Source of the DNA: Rhodothermales bacterium
Lineage (GTDB): Bacteria; Bacteroidota; Rhodothermia; Rhodothermales; UBA10348
Reading direction: 5' to 3'
DNA: 64,000 bases
Assembly: GCA_028284865.1 (NCBI GenBank)
Contig: JANQQV010000006.1
Coordinates: 207,775-271,774 of the forward strand
In this document: one piece after another, positions 1 to 9,376 of the stretch
Numbering within the stretch: the stretch's first letter is position 1
Layout: every line of letters starts with the position of its first letter
The notes under the pieces: generated by a model
Databases searched by the model: none
Told to the model about the DNA's origin: nothing
What the model saw: the letters and a program-made list of their open reading frames with translations, nothing else
Position numbers and translations under genes: made by a program

Positions 1-922
1 GCTCGCTTCCTTCGGCAGGAGTCCACGTCATGTCCGGCTCGAACGATTCCCACAGGATGCGCGAGACGGCCCGAATCAGCATATAGCCGTCGTTGTCTGC
101 TTCCCAGCGGGTGTCCGCCTGATCAGCAGTAATAACGCAGAACAAATAGGGTCCCGAGGGCGCGTGTACCAGGACCACTTCGGACTTGGAAGCGCTGACC
201 GCACCATTCTTGGAGGCGACTTCGATGGAGGGAGGCATCTGGGAGAGCGCTTCGTCATCCCACCAGGGGCGTTGAAGCACGCGAAGCATCTCCTGACTGG
301 CAGCAGGACTCACGGCATCTCCGTTGTAGATCATCTCCATCAGCCGCGCCATTTCGCGCGGGGTCGTCTGACCCCATCCATATTGCTCCCAATCGCCACG
401 TCGACCGGGGGTCCGGGAATTCATGCGGGTCCCTTCAAATCCGTGTTCTTCCAGCCACTCATTGATGGCCACACCGGTACCCCCGAGCTCCTGCAGCCAG
501 AGGCTGGCCGTATTGTCACTTTTTGAGATCGATAGGAAAACCATTTCGGACAACGCCACGGTTGCATTCTCCCGGAGTTCGCCCGCGATGTCCGCATCCG
601 AGTAAAAGAGCGAATCGACGTAGGTGAGCTCTTGCTGGTAGTCCAGGTCTCCCTGCTCGATACGATCAAAAACGGACACCATGATCGGGACTTTGATCAT
701 GCTGGCTGTCGGATACAGGTCATTCGCGTTCATACCCAGCTCTTGACCCGTGACAAGGTCCTTCACGTAGACGCCAGCCCGACCGTCGAAAGCATCAATG
801 ATGGGCGCGATACGCTCGCCGACCGCGATCAGGTCGGGGCGTTCCTGGGCTGCAGGTTGGCAGCCGGCCAGGATCAACAGGGATACGGCGACGGAAAGGC
901 GTGTTATGGGGCGTTTGAGCAT
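1..922 (-). CDS. Class A beta-lactamase-like serine hydrolase (lipoprotein), 3' end cut by the window edge; absent from the supplied ORF track
   Basis: Reverse-complement reading from ATG (920-922) stays open to base 1. It starts MLKRPITRLSVAVSLLILAGCQ (lipobox LAGC), then shows SMIK (SxxK), SDN and KNG motifs in class-A order. The + strand ORFs 164-526 and 632-1123 are shadows of this frame. Confidence 0.75.
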   Translation of the reverse strand, partial: MLKRPITRLSVAVSLLILAGCQPAAQERPDLIAVGERIAPIIDAFDGRAGVYVKDLVTGQELGMNANDLYPTASMIKVPIMVSVFDRIEQGDLDYQQELTYVDSLFYSDADIAGELRENATVALSEMVFLSISKSDNTASLWLQELGGTGVAINEWLEEHGFEGTRMNSRTPGRRGDWEQYGWGQTTPREMARLMEMIYNGDAVSPAASQEMLRVLQRPWWDDEALSQMPPSIEVASKNGAVSASKSEVVLVHAPSGPYLFCVITADQADTRWEADNDGYMLIRAVSRILWESFEPDMTWTPAEGSE

Positions 923-961
923 GTTTATAATGTAACTCACAAGGTTACATTCAGAAGGTGG

Positions 962-3900
962 TTAGCGGACATAGACGAAGATGCCGGTACGCATCCGGGC
1001 ACCTGCTTGCAGCTGATAATAGTAATTCCCGGCGGGAAGACCGGTGGGTGGGACCCAGTCCAATCGATGGGACCCGGCTTGCATCGATCGATCGAAGACG
1101 CGCGCCACGTGGCGACCGAGTGAATCATGAATATCAAGACGCACGCGGGCGGGAGCCGGTAGCGTGAACGGCAGGGTCACCCGATGCCGGAAGGGTTGCG
1201 GAAACGAGGCAAGTGTCTCGAATCGCTCCGGAATGCGACCGTCTTCGGTTCGTACGACGGCGGCAGCATTGATCGTGATGGTGAGTTGTGCTGTAGAGAC
1301 CGCTTCGAAGACATCCGTGATGCGAACGGTGATGACGGGGTCACCTCCCTCGGACAGCCGAGCAAAAAGGGAGTCGTTCCGAACGACCGCATGATCCAGG
1401 CCTCCGGAAATGTCCATGACTTCAAGCGAGATGGCATCATCGTCCGGATCCGAGAAGTATATCGGCAGATACAGGGCTACCGAATCTCCAGGCAGATACT
1501 CAGGAAGGTCCACCAGAGGATTTCGTCCGGGGGCTGTATTCTCGCGAACGGAAAGTACCAGCGTATTCTGATCCTGCCCTCCGCGGCCGTCGCTTACCTG
1601 GACCGCAAGAAAGCTCTGGCCAGATGCGATCGCCTCGATGATCAGCTGTCCGGACTCAACGCGTCCTACTGCTATGTCCGGGTTCTCATTGAAGACCCAG
1701 TATCGCAGCGAGTCTCCATCGTTCTCATCGATCAGCGCATCCAGCAACCAGCTACGCGTCGTCCGCGGCGTCATGAACTGCGGATTGGTGGGCCATTCGG
1801 CAAACATCGGACGCGTATTCGCTGAAACGACCACGCTGATGGAGGCCTCGGCCATCAAGCCTTCCTCGTCCTCGGCGAACAGGCGGATCACGGTCTCGCC
1901 GGCTTGCTCCGGCGTCAGGAATAGGCCAATGGACTGGCCGTTGTCCTGGCGCAGCTCCTCAACGGATACGATCGAAGGATCAGAAACCGAATAGGTGACG
2001 GTGAGCCGATCGCCCGGCGAATCGGCAAAGAACTGCGAGTAACCGAAGTACGCCCGGCCCACACCTGTACCGGTTTCATGCTCCAGGTTGGCTATCAACA
2101 CTTGTGGTGCCAGATTGACGGGTCGAGCGTCGATGGCGCTGACTCGGCTCCAGGGACCATCACCAGCAGGATTCGAAGCGCGCACTCGCCAGAAGTAGCG
2201 CTCGCCCCGCACGAGTGGTTGCAGTGTGAACCGATCCGACTCAGTCTCTTGAACGAAGTCGACCTCTTCGAAGAGCGAATCGCGGGAGGCCTCTATCCGG
2301 TAAACGCCCCAGGGCTGTGTTTCCCAGACCACCTGAATGGAATCGGTCTGCGCCTGCAGCAGTGAGTCCGAACGTGGAATGACGGTAACCGGCCGGTCGA
2401 TTCCGGTCAATGTGCCCGACTCCTCGTGCAGGAATGCGGCGAGCAGCAGCCGGTGCGCCTCGTCAGACGTCAGTGAACCGACGCCCACAGACGAGATCAC
2501 GGTGTTTCCGGATCGGGCAGCGAGTATGCCATCAGTCGAAACGAGAAGGGGTTGGGCATCCGGAGGAAGCTCGAGCGTGCGCGGCGCGGATCCCTGATAA
2601 GGGAGATCGAGTCCAGCCAAGACGCCCGCGCCGCGCACGCGTGTGACGTTTGCCGTCGGCCCGAGAGTCAGACCCGTCGATGACGCCAGCCAGGCCTCGG
2701 CTTCTTCTCCCTGAACAGGCGTTCTGCCGAACAGATGAATGGCGCCTCCACGTTGTTGTACGGATTGTACCAACGCGATGTCTTCCGGACGTTGCAAGCC
2801 GCGATTCAACCGCGCGAGCCACAGTCTGTTGAAACTGGAAGCCCGTTCAGCCGGCATGCTTCCCCGTACCAGGGTCTCCCACCACGAGGGAGATTCGCCG
2901 AGCGCCCCGAGCATCTGAAGGTGGTCATTCGTTCGAGAGGTACCATCATCTTCGGCCAGCAAGAGGAGCGATCCCGAGTTGTCAAAGGGCGCCGAGCTGT
3001 AAAATGCCGGAAGCAGTCTTTGAGACACGTTGCCAGCTGCATCCTCGGCTTCCACTTTCAGCTGGTAGTCGGCCGGTTCTGTGGGGTAGTATCGAGCAGA
3101 GTAAACACCATCGCCTGCCACGTAGTCCAGATTTCCAACGAGGTCACCAGAATCACCCATGGGGAGGGCAGCCAGGACCGTTGTCGTATCAAATCGGTCG
3201 ACGAGCATGGCCTCGGCCCGCACGACGGGACTTCCGTCAATGAAGCTGGCCCGGATTTCCAGGTCCTCGCCAACCGGTGCGAAGGAGGCACCACCGATGC
3301 GCACCGAAGGCAGTGTCAGCGGTCCCCGAGTATCACGGCCCGAAACGAAGAGCGACAGGGTGTCCACGTGAACAAGCGCTCCTTCGACGGCATCCTTGCG
3401 GACTTCAAACGGTATGCGCACTTTAGCGCCTTCCGGGGCCAATCCGTCGATCCAGACAACCGGGATGCGGAAGCGCAGTCGCCCGTCCTCCGTTGGACTA
3501 AGTACGTTGGACAAGGACAAGTCTGCCAATCGCGAAGCCTCCATACCTGACCACGGAGACGCCAGAGGGTCGAAGGACGTGTCCAGGACGACACGGGACC
3601 CACTCAGATTCACATCCGGATGGGGCGTGAAGGTGAGCTCAACGCCCACCAGTCCGCCCGCCGGAACGGTGGTGACATCCGCGGCACGCCCCTGTTCGCC
3701 CGATTGCAGCAACCGCGACGATTCGAACACACGTATGTGATCGGTTTGCATTCGGGATGTGGCTTGCAGGTCGAATCGACCTGCCTGCTCGGGCAGCGCA
3801 ACCGTGATGCTGGCAGGCCGGATGTCGAATAAACTCGGATCGGCTGAGATGGTGTAGGTGCCGGTAGGAAGCTCATCCACCATGAATACGCCATCATCGC

Positions 3901-5848
3901 CGGTTCTCGAGCCTCTCACAACAGGCCCGCTGAGGCGGACATTGATTCCAGGGACCGGGGTGCTGCCCAATCGAACGGATCCCGAGACAGTGCTCAGTGC
4001 CGTTTGAGACGGCTGATCCAGGGGCGATCCGACGATGAGGGAGAAACGTTGGTCTCCTCGGGACATCGAAGCCGGAGCTTGCACGCGAACCGTTACGGTT
4101 CCTTGCTCGGCGTCGAAAACGACCTGCTCCACGTTGTCGCGTGTGTTCAGTCCACGTGTTGCAGGCAGACCGGGGCGGGCAGGATCAAGCACCCATGGAA
4201 GATGCTCTCCACCGTTTTGAACGACCGAGAGGTCGAGGTCGTGGACCAGATGGGATGAAGGATTGTCGAGAACCGGGTCAACGACCTCGCCAGTGGGATC
4301 CGTCCACGCCAGGGTGGAGCGCAGCGTCATGGCCTCGGAGATCGGAAGCTCGAAGGTGACCGATTCACCCGGACCGACCTGGCCTTCGAACATCCAGACG
4401 GGAAAGGGCCGGACCGGGGCAAATATGCGATCGGCATCGGCAGACTGTTTCAGGTGTTGTGCGGCGCGCTCAGCGTTGAGGTGCCCCCAGCCGAACTGAT
4501 AGTCGGGGCCCGGGGCCTGACCGGCCTCGTCCGCGGAGTGCAAGAGTAGTGCGCGGATGGTGGACGACAGAGGTACACTACCCGGGAATTCACGCTGCCA
4601 GAGTTCCTGAAGCAGCGCGACGGCGCCGGTCACGACCGGCGCCGCTTGCGACGTTCCGGACGAAGCCCCATAGGCGTCATCGGCACCCGACTTTGACGAT
4701 AGCAGAGCCGTTCCATTGGCCACCAGGTCCGGTTTGATCCGTCCGTCATCGACCGGTCCCCAACCAGAGAATGCCGTCATCACCACGTCAGCTGGTGCTT
4801 CGACGCCCCACGGGGCGTCTTCGACGGCGCCAACAGTTATGACGTTTTTAGCCACGCCAGCATCGCCGATCGAATCGTAGCCATCTGATCCACCATCCTG
4901 CTCCCTGACTTCCGTGGAGAGTCGCCATCCTTCATCGAATACATAATGCGGGGCACCGTCCGGTGGCCCTTGTCGCTCGCGTTCGTTACCGGCGGATTTG
5001 ACCACGACCAGATGCGCGGCCGCATCGATAACATCATCCCAGGCTGCTGCGTCTTCGCCGTAATACCCGAACGCAGCGTCTTCCCGCGGAGAAAGTCCCG
5101 GAAAACCCATCCATCCCCAGAATCCATCACCCAGAATGTTCGGTGTCCACCCAAGTGGATCGCCGTACGAGTGATTGGATACAAGAACGCCATCGAGCGC
5201 CGCCTGGGCCATTTCGACTACATCGTTGGTCCAATCATGGCTTCGGATCTGCGCCGCGGGCGCCATGCCCCTCGCTTCCCGCCAGACACCGGACGCCGCG
5301 ATCGTACCCGCTACGTGGGTAGCGTGAGTGGATTCGGTTGAAAATGCGTCCCGTCGCTGGACGCGACCACTCAACTCCACGTGCGACTCCCTTGGATGGC
5401 CATCGTCGAACACGGCGATGGTTTGCCCGGCTCCGCTTAGGTCAAATCCGGTTCGACCGCCAGTAAGCAGGGTCTGAATCCGTGCCGAGGCGGCTGCCTC
5501 CCGGTTGTGCGTGATGCGAATGACGGGCCGCTCGCCTCGCAATCCAATCCACTGCATGAACCGAAGCGTGGAGTCGGCGCTGTCAGTTGGGTCTTCGGGT
5601 TCGACCCTCTGGCGAATGCGGACCAGCCCGGAATCGCTGGCAATAGCCTCCAGAGCTGCCCTTTCCTGAATCGTTTTGGCGTTGAATCGCTCAACGATCC
5701 GCTCCAGGCGCTCCGTGTCGGTCTTCCGTTGGGCCTGCTTCTGCTGGACCGCCTCCTGCATCACAAAGACGGAGGCCGTGGCGGTGTCTGTCGTGACGGA
5801 TGTGGCCATGAAGATCGCCGCACCAACGAGCGCAGCGAGCACTTTCAT
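962..5848 (-). CDS. Very large secreted subtilisin-family (S8) serine peptidase with multiple Ig/FN3-like domains and a T9SS C-terminal sorting domain
   Basis: ORF 962-5932. Catalytic motifs are AVFDDGH (Asp), HATHVAGTIAA (His) and SGTSQAAPVVTGAVALL (Ser). The signal peptide starts at an internal Met (MKVLAALVGAAIFMATS, base 5848). The C-terminus (...LPAGNYYYQLQAGARMRTGIFVYVR) looks like a T9SS type-A CTD. Confidence 0.9.
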   Translation of the reverse strand: MKVLAALVGAAIFMATSVTTDTATASVFVMQEAVQQKQAQRKTDTERLERIVERFNAKTIQERAALEAIASDSGLVRIRQRVEPEDPTDSADSTLRFMQWIGLRGERPVIRITHNREAAASARIQTLLTGGRTGFDLSGAGQTIAVFDDGHPRESHVELSGRVQRRDAFSTESTHATHVAGTIAASGVWREARGMAPAAQIRSHDWTNDVVEMAQAALDGVLVSNHSYGDPLGWTPNILGDGFWGWMGFPGLSPREDAAFGYYGEDAAAWDDVIDAAAHLVVVKSAGNERERQGPPDGAPHYVFDEGWRLSTEVREQDGGSDGYDSIGDAGVAKNVITVGAVEDAPWGVEAPADVVMTAFSGWGPVDDGRIKPDLVANGTALLSSKSGADDAYGASSGTSQAAPVVTGAVALLQELWQREFPGSVPLSSTIRALLLHSADEAGQAPGPDYQFGWGHLNAERAAQHLKQSADADRIFAPVRPFPVWMFEGQVGPGESVTFELPISEAMTLRSTLAWTDPTGEVVDPVLDNPSSHLVHDLDLSVVQNGGEHLPWVLDPARPGLPATRGLNTRDNVEQVVFDAEQGTVTVRVQAPASMSRGDQRFSLIVGSPLDQPSQTALSTVSGSVRLGSTPVPGINVRLSGPVVRGSRTGDDGVFMVDELPTGTYTISADPSLFDIRPASITVALPEQAGRFDLQATSRMQTDHIRVFESSRLLQSGEQGRAADVTTVPAGGLVGVELTFTPHPDVNLSGSRVVLDTSFDPLASPWSGMEASRLADLSLSNVLSPTEDGRLRFRIPVVWIDGLAPEGAKVRIPFEVRKDAVEGALVHVDTLSLFVSGRDTRGPLTLPSVRIGGASFAPVGEDLEIRASFIDGSPVVRAEAMLVDRFDTTTVLAALPMGDSGDLVGNLDYVAGDGVYSARYYPTEPADYQLKVEAEDAAGNVSQRLLPAFYSSAPFDNSGSLLLLAEDDGTSRTNDHLQMLGALGESPSWWETLVRGSMPAERASSFNRLWLARLNRGLQRPEDIALVQSVQQRGGAIHLFGRTPVQGEEAEAWLASSTGLTLGPTANVTRVRGAGVLAGLDLPYQGSAPRTLELPPDAQPLLVSTDGILAARSGNTVISSVGVGSLTSDEAHRLLLAAFLHEESGTLTGIDRPVTVIPRSDSLLQAQTDSIQVVWETQPWGVYRIEASRDSLFEEVDFVQETESDRFTLQPLVRGERYFWRVRASNPAGDGPWSRVSAIDARPVNLAPQVLIANLEHETGTGVGRAYFGYSQFFADSPGDRLTVTYSVSDPSIVSVEELRQDNGQSIGLFLTPEQAGETVIRLFAEDEEGLMAEASISVVVSANTRPMFAEWPTNPQFMTPRTTRSWLLDALIDENDGDSLRYWVFNENPDIAVGRVESGQLIIEAIASGQSFLAVQVSDGRGGQDQNTLVLSVRENTAPGRNPLVDLPEYLPGDSVALYLPIYFSDPDDDAISLEVMDISGGLDHAVVRNDSLFARLSEGGDPVITVRITDVFEAVSTAQLTITINAAAVVRTEDGRIPERFETLASFPQPFRHRVTLPFTLPAPARVRLDIHDSLGRHVARVFDRSMQAGSHRLDWVPPTGLPAGNYYYQLQAGARMRTGIFVYVR

Positions 5849-6087
5849 GAAACGTCCGGCGAGTGACACGTGGCGGTAGAAGGAGGCTGATTGCAACAGA
5901 AAGGAAGGCATGCCGGCGGAAACCGCATTCATGGACCTTCAAGCCGGCGATTCACAACCGGCATCCCACCACCCGGATCCCGAAATGCACAGGAGAGCGG
6001 CTGGGAAAGGGGAAGTTAGCCGTCCACGATCGAGATTACCTTACCCCGTCCCGCCACCAATCCGGGCTTCTCCCAGTCCGCGTCATC

Positions 6088-7035
6088 ATGAGAGTGATCC
6101 GCCAACGGTCATTCGGACCACGGGCCATCATGCCCTGGGCTATGGTAGCCCTGTTCGTTGCCGCCATCAGTCTTTCAGGGTGCGATGATACCCTGATCGA
6201 TCCGTTCGACAACGAAGAGCGCTATTTCACCGTCTACGGTTTCCTCGACCTGCTTGAAACCGAACACACGCTTCGAGTCGTCCCCATCTCGCGATTTGCG
6301 GAATCAATCGAGTCAACGGAGGGGGGTAGCGCGGCCATTGATGCAGAAGTTTTTACCACCGACTTGGTGAGCGGGGTAAAGACGAAGTGGCAGCATAGCT
6401 ATGAGCTGCTCGATGATGGAACATGGGGTCACGTCTTCAAAGCCCGTTTTCTCGTCAGCCCGAATCGCTCTTATCGGCTGGAAGTGGTTCGCTCAGACGG
6501 TAAAATGAGCGTTGCCGAGACCACCGTGCCCAACATCGCCACGGCGACCTTGTTTGAGCGGGGACCCGTGGTATTCGAGCAGGACTCCACGGTGGCCTAC
6601 CAGGACCTGACGATCCCGGAGATCGCTTCCCCGTGGGATGTCAATCTGATCTACCTGTGGAGCTCGGGTCCAATCAATCGTCGGATTTTCGTGCCTTACG
6701 GCCGGCCCGGAAACCGTACGGATGACGGAGGATGGCAGATGCGGATCAACCTGTCCGATGACCAGGAGGACGTCAAAGAGAATGTTCAGTGGTCCATTGA
6801 TCAGGGAATGATCCCCAATGCCGACGCCTACAATGTCAACGCGATGGGTGTCCAGATCCGCATGCTGGACGCGAATTGGGATCCACCGAACGGCATTTTC
6901 GACCCAGAAATCCTGGCTCAACCCGGCGCCATGTCCAACGTGCAGAACGGCTACGGCTTCTTTGGCAGCGTAGGGCTCTACATCGAAGAGTGGAATATCG
7001 CAGAGCTGTCGAGGGATTTGGGTCACCCGTTCTAA
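6088..7035 (+). CDS. Hypothetical exported lipoprotein, function unknown
   Basis: ORF 5863-7035. The probable start is ATG 6088 (MRVIRQRSF...MVALFVAAISLSGCDD, lipobox). No catalytic motif recognised. Confidence 0.7.
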   Translation: MRVIRQRSFGPRAIMPWAMVALFVAAISLSGCDDTLIDPFDNEERYFTVYGFLDLLETEHTLRVVPISRFAESIESTEGGSAAIDAEVFTTDLVSGVKTKWQHSYELLDDGTWGHVFKARFLVSPNRSYRLEVVRSDGKMSVAETTVPNIATATLFERGPVVFEQDSTVAYQDLTIPEIASPWDVNLIYLWSSGPINRRIFVPYGRPGNRTDDGGWQMRINLSDDQEDVKENVQWSIDQGMIPNADAYNVNAMGVQIRMLDANWDPPNGIFDPEILAQPGAMSNVQNGYGFFGSVGLYIEEWNIAELSRDLGHPF

Positions 7036-7077
7036 GGCGTACGGTCCGGGAAATCCGGCTCAGAGAGCGAATGCGAA

Positions 7078-7146
7078 GGCCACCGCATCCACCATCGAAT
7101 CGACCATCGCAGCCGACATCCCATCCAACATCCCATCCAAAATCGT
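7078..7146 (+). repeat. C-rich, G-poor tract built from ~12-nt periodic units, including a perfect tandem duplication ACATCCCATCCA x2 (7116-7139)
   Basis: Direct reading: CCACCGCATCCA/CCATCGAATCGA/CCATCGCAGCCGA/CATCCCATCCAA/CATCCCATCCAA. Intergenic, between the lipoprotein gene and the TerC gene. Confidence 0.7.
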
Positions 7147-7330
7147 ATCTATGCGCGAATCGCTGCGTAGGCACGGGTTTCGTCACAGACTCCATTTGGC
7201 CATGACAGCTTTCAGACGATTCTGGAGAGCGATCACGACGCGACTCTTTTTCTGGCGCCGTTCTCCGTTCAGGTAGCCTCGCTATATTCAGCAAGCGTGA
7301 CAGCACCCCGCCAATCCGCCTTGTCGCATC

Positions 7331-8071
7331 ATGTTTGAATGGCTCGCCGACCCCAATGCCTGGGTGGCACTGGGTACCCTGACCGCCCTGGAAATCGTCC
7401 TGGGCGTGGACAACATCATCTTCATTTCCATTCTGGCCGGGAAGCTTCCCGAAGAGCAGCAGGCACGCGCTCGCACCATCGGGCTGGCGCTCGCGCTCAT
7501 CGGTCGGGTGGTCCTCCTGCTATCATTGGCATGGATGATGCAGCTGACCGCCCCGTTGATCGACATCCTGGGAATGGAGTTATCGGGTAGGGATCTCATC
7601 CTCATGATCGGCGGCTTGTTCTTGCTGGCCAAGGCCACCCGCGAGATCCACGACAAACTGGAGGGGGCTGAACATGGGCATGCCAATGTGGGCACTGCCA
7701 CGTTTCAAAGTGTCATCATCCAGATCCTGATCCTGGATATCGTCTTCTCCCTGGACTCGGTCATCACCGCCGTAGGGATGGTAGACCAGGTCCCTATCAT
7801 GATCACCGCCGTGGTGATTGCCATCGTGTTCATGATGTTCAGCGCGGGCGCGGTCTCACGATTCATCGAACAGCACCCGACCGTCAAGATGCTGGCCCTG
7901 GCATTCCTGCTCATGGTCGGCGTGGCATTGATTGCCGAGGGCTTCGAATTCCACATCCCGCGCGGATACATCTACTTCGCCATGGCCTTCTCGGTCTTCG
8001 TCGAGATGCTCAACATCAGGCTTCGCAAGCAAGGCCCGCCCGTTGAGCTGCGCACGCCCAAGATGCACTGA
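7331..8071 (+). CDS. TerC/Alx-family integral membrane protein
   Basis: 246 aa. TerC-type N-terminus MFEWLADPNAWVALGTLTALEIVLGVDNIIFISIL, with several hydrophobic helices. Confidence 0.9.
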   Translation: MFEWLADPNAWVALGTLTALEIVLGVDNIIFISILAGKLPEEQQARARTIGLALALIGRVVLLLSLAWMMQLTAPLIDILGMELSGRDLILMIGGLFLLAKATREIHDKLEGAEHGHANVGTATFQSVIIQILILDIVFSLDSVITAVGMVDQVPIMITAVVIAIVFMMFSAGAVSRFIEQHPTVKMLALAFLLMVGVALIAEGFEFHIPRGYIYFAMAFSVFVEMLNIRLRKQGPPVELRTPKMH

Positions 8072-8110
8072 CCGCCAGAGGGTGCACGCGCGGACCCATC
8101 CCAGGTCCGG

Positions 8111-9319
8111 TCAGGCCGACGCTGCGGCGCGTTTGAGAATGACGAGCGTCATGTCGTCCTCGAACATGTCGGACTCGTGTTCGAGCTTGCGCACATGGTC
8201 GAAGACCTGCCAGACGATTTCCGAGGCCGAACGACTCTTGTGCTTGCGGATTTGCGTAATCAAACCCTCCTCCTCGAATGGCGTACCGTCCGGATTCACG
8301 CGCTCCGTGATGCCGTCCGTGTAGAGAACTAGGATGGAGCCAGGCGGGATCTGGGCGTAGCCGCGCTCCAGAGGGATGTCTGGAAGGGGGCCCATGATGG
8401 GTCCGGTTGGATCGAGCTGGGAGACATCATCGTCGGTGATGATCAGTCCTGACGTGTGTCCAGCGTTTGCATACAGCAGTCCACCCCCACGGTGCAGCTC
8501 CCCGTAGAAGACCGAGACGAAACGCGTAGAGAAGGTGGTCCGGTTCAGCTCCCGGTTCAACTTCTTCATGGCGTAAATCATCTTCATGTTGGTGCCCACG
8601 CCCATGCGGATGCCCATGAGGACATCGCGCACCAGAAGCGCTGCCGAAAGGCCGTGGCCTGAGGCATCGCCCACGGCTAGGCCCATCAGGTCGTCTTCGA
8701 TCCGGATGAAGTCGTACAAGTCTCCGCCGACGGCCTCGGCCGCCTCGGAGCGCGCAGCGATATCCCACCCTTCGAATGTCGGCGGCTTCTTGGGCAGCAG
8801 ACTTCGCTGAATGGCGGCCGCAGTGGCCATCTCGTTCTCGGCGGCATCGTGCTTGAGCCGGTAGTTCAGCGCAAAGCGGGCCCCATTGAGACAGAAGGCC
8901 AGCTCGTCGCGGACCCAACCCTGGCCCAGCGTGAAGAGAACCAGATACCGGTGCCCCGGGGGGCCGTCGAGGATGAGTCCAACGAATTCATCAGCGCTGC
9001 CCTCTGGCTTGACGTACCAGCCGGGCATCTCCCATGGATTCTCGAAGACAAATGAGCCGTGCTCATTGAGCATCATCACCACAGGATCGTTTTCCTCCAG
9101 CCGTGCTGGGAAAATTGTGCCCTCGCAGGAAGTGTGCAGCAACTCGTAGACGCCGAACAGTTCGCGATACAGATGCGCATGGTCGAAACGCAGCTCTTCT
9201 CCGAACGAGCTGAGCAAGTCATCGAGGATCTGTTGGATTGAGGCACGCTCGTCCTCGTCGCTGGCGATGCGCGCCAGCATCCGATCCATTTTCCGGTAGA
9301 ATTGCTTCGGGTCGATCAT
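8111..9319 (-). CDS. PP2C-family (SpoIIE/RsbU-like) serine phosphatase with an N-terminal sensory domain
   Basis: 402 aa. SpoIIE-type motifs VGGDLYDF, GDASGHGLSAALL and LVLYTDGITE. Confidence 0.85.
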   Translation of the reverse strand: MIDPKQFYRKMDRMLARIASDEDERASIQQILDDLLSSFGEELRFDHAHLYRELFGVYELLHTSCEGTIFPARLEENDPVVMMLNEHGSFVFENPWEMPGWYVKPEGSADEFVGLILDGPPGHRYLVLFTLGQGWVRDELAFCLNGARFALNYRLKHDAAENEMATAAAIQRSLLPKKPPTFEGWDIAARSEAAEAVGGDLYDFIRIEDDLMGLAVGDASGHGLSAALLVRDVLMGIRMGVGTNMKMIYAMKKLNRELNRTTFSTRFVSVFYGELHRGGGLLYANAGHTSGLIITDDDVSQLDPTGPIMGPLPDIPLERGYAQIPPGSILVLYTDGITERVNPDGTPFEEEGLITQIRKHKSRSASEIVWQVFDHVRKLEHESDMFEDDMTLVILKRAAASA

Positions 9320-9376
9320 GACGGCGCCCGGGTGTATTCTACGGGCTTGATGGGAGCTTGGCCGCCAAAATACGCT

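Noticed and set aside
164-1123. Plus-strand ORFs 164-526 and 632-1123 at the left edge
   Set aside because: They overlap the much longer minus-strand frame that carries the beta-lactamase motifs, and at 962-1123 the end of the S8 peptidase gene. No motifs of their own.
5863-6087. N-terminal 75 codons of ORF 5863-7035, and similar 5' extensions at 59063-59356, 38185-38430, 55439-55552, 17656-17709 and 14588-14665
   Set aside because: In each case the extension is Arg/Pro-rich and precedes an internal Met that opens a clear signal peptide or the conserved family N-terminus. They were treated as non-coding upstream sequence.
7150-7330. Possible yybP-ykoY (Mn2+) riboswitch upstream of the TerC-family gene
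   Set aside because: I found only loose resemblances: GGAGAGCG against GGGGAGUAGC, and UAUAUUCAGCAAGCG against UAUGUUUAGCAAGAC. I could not find the P1 pairing or the UUGACAUA element. It stays unsupported unless a covariance-model search (RF00080) scores it.
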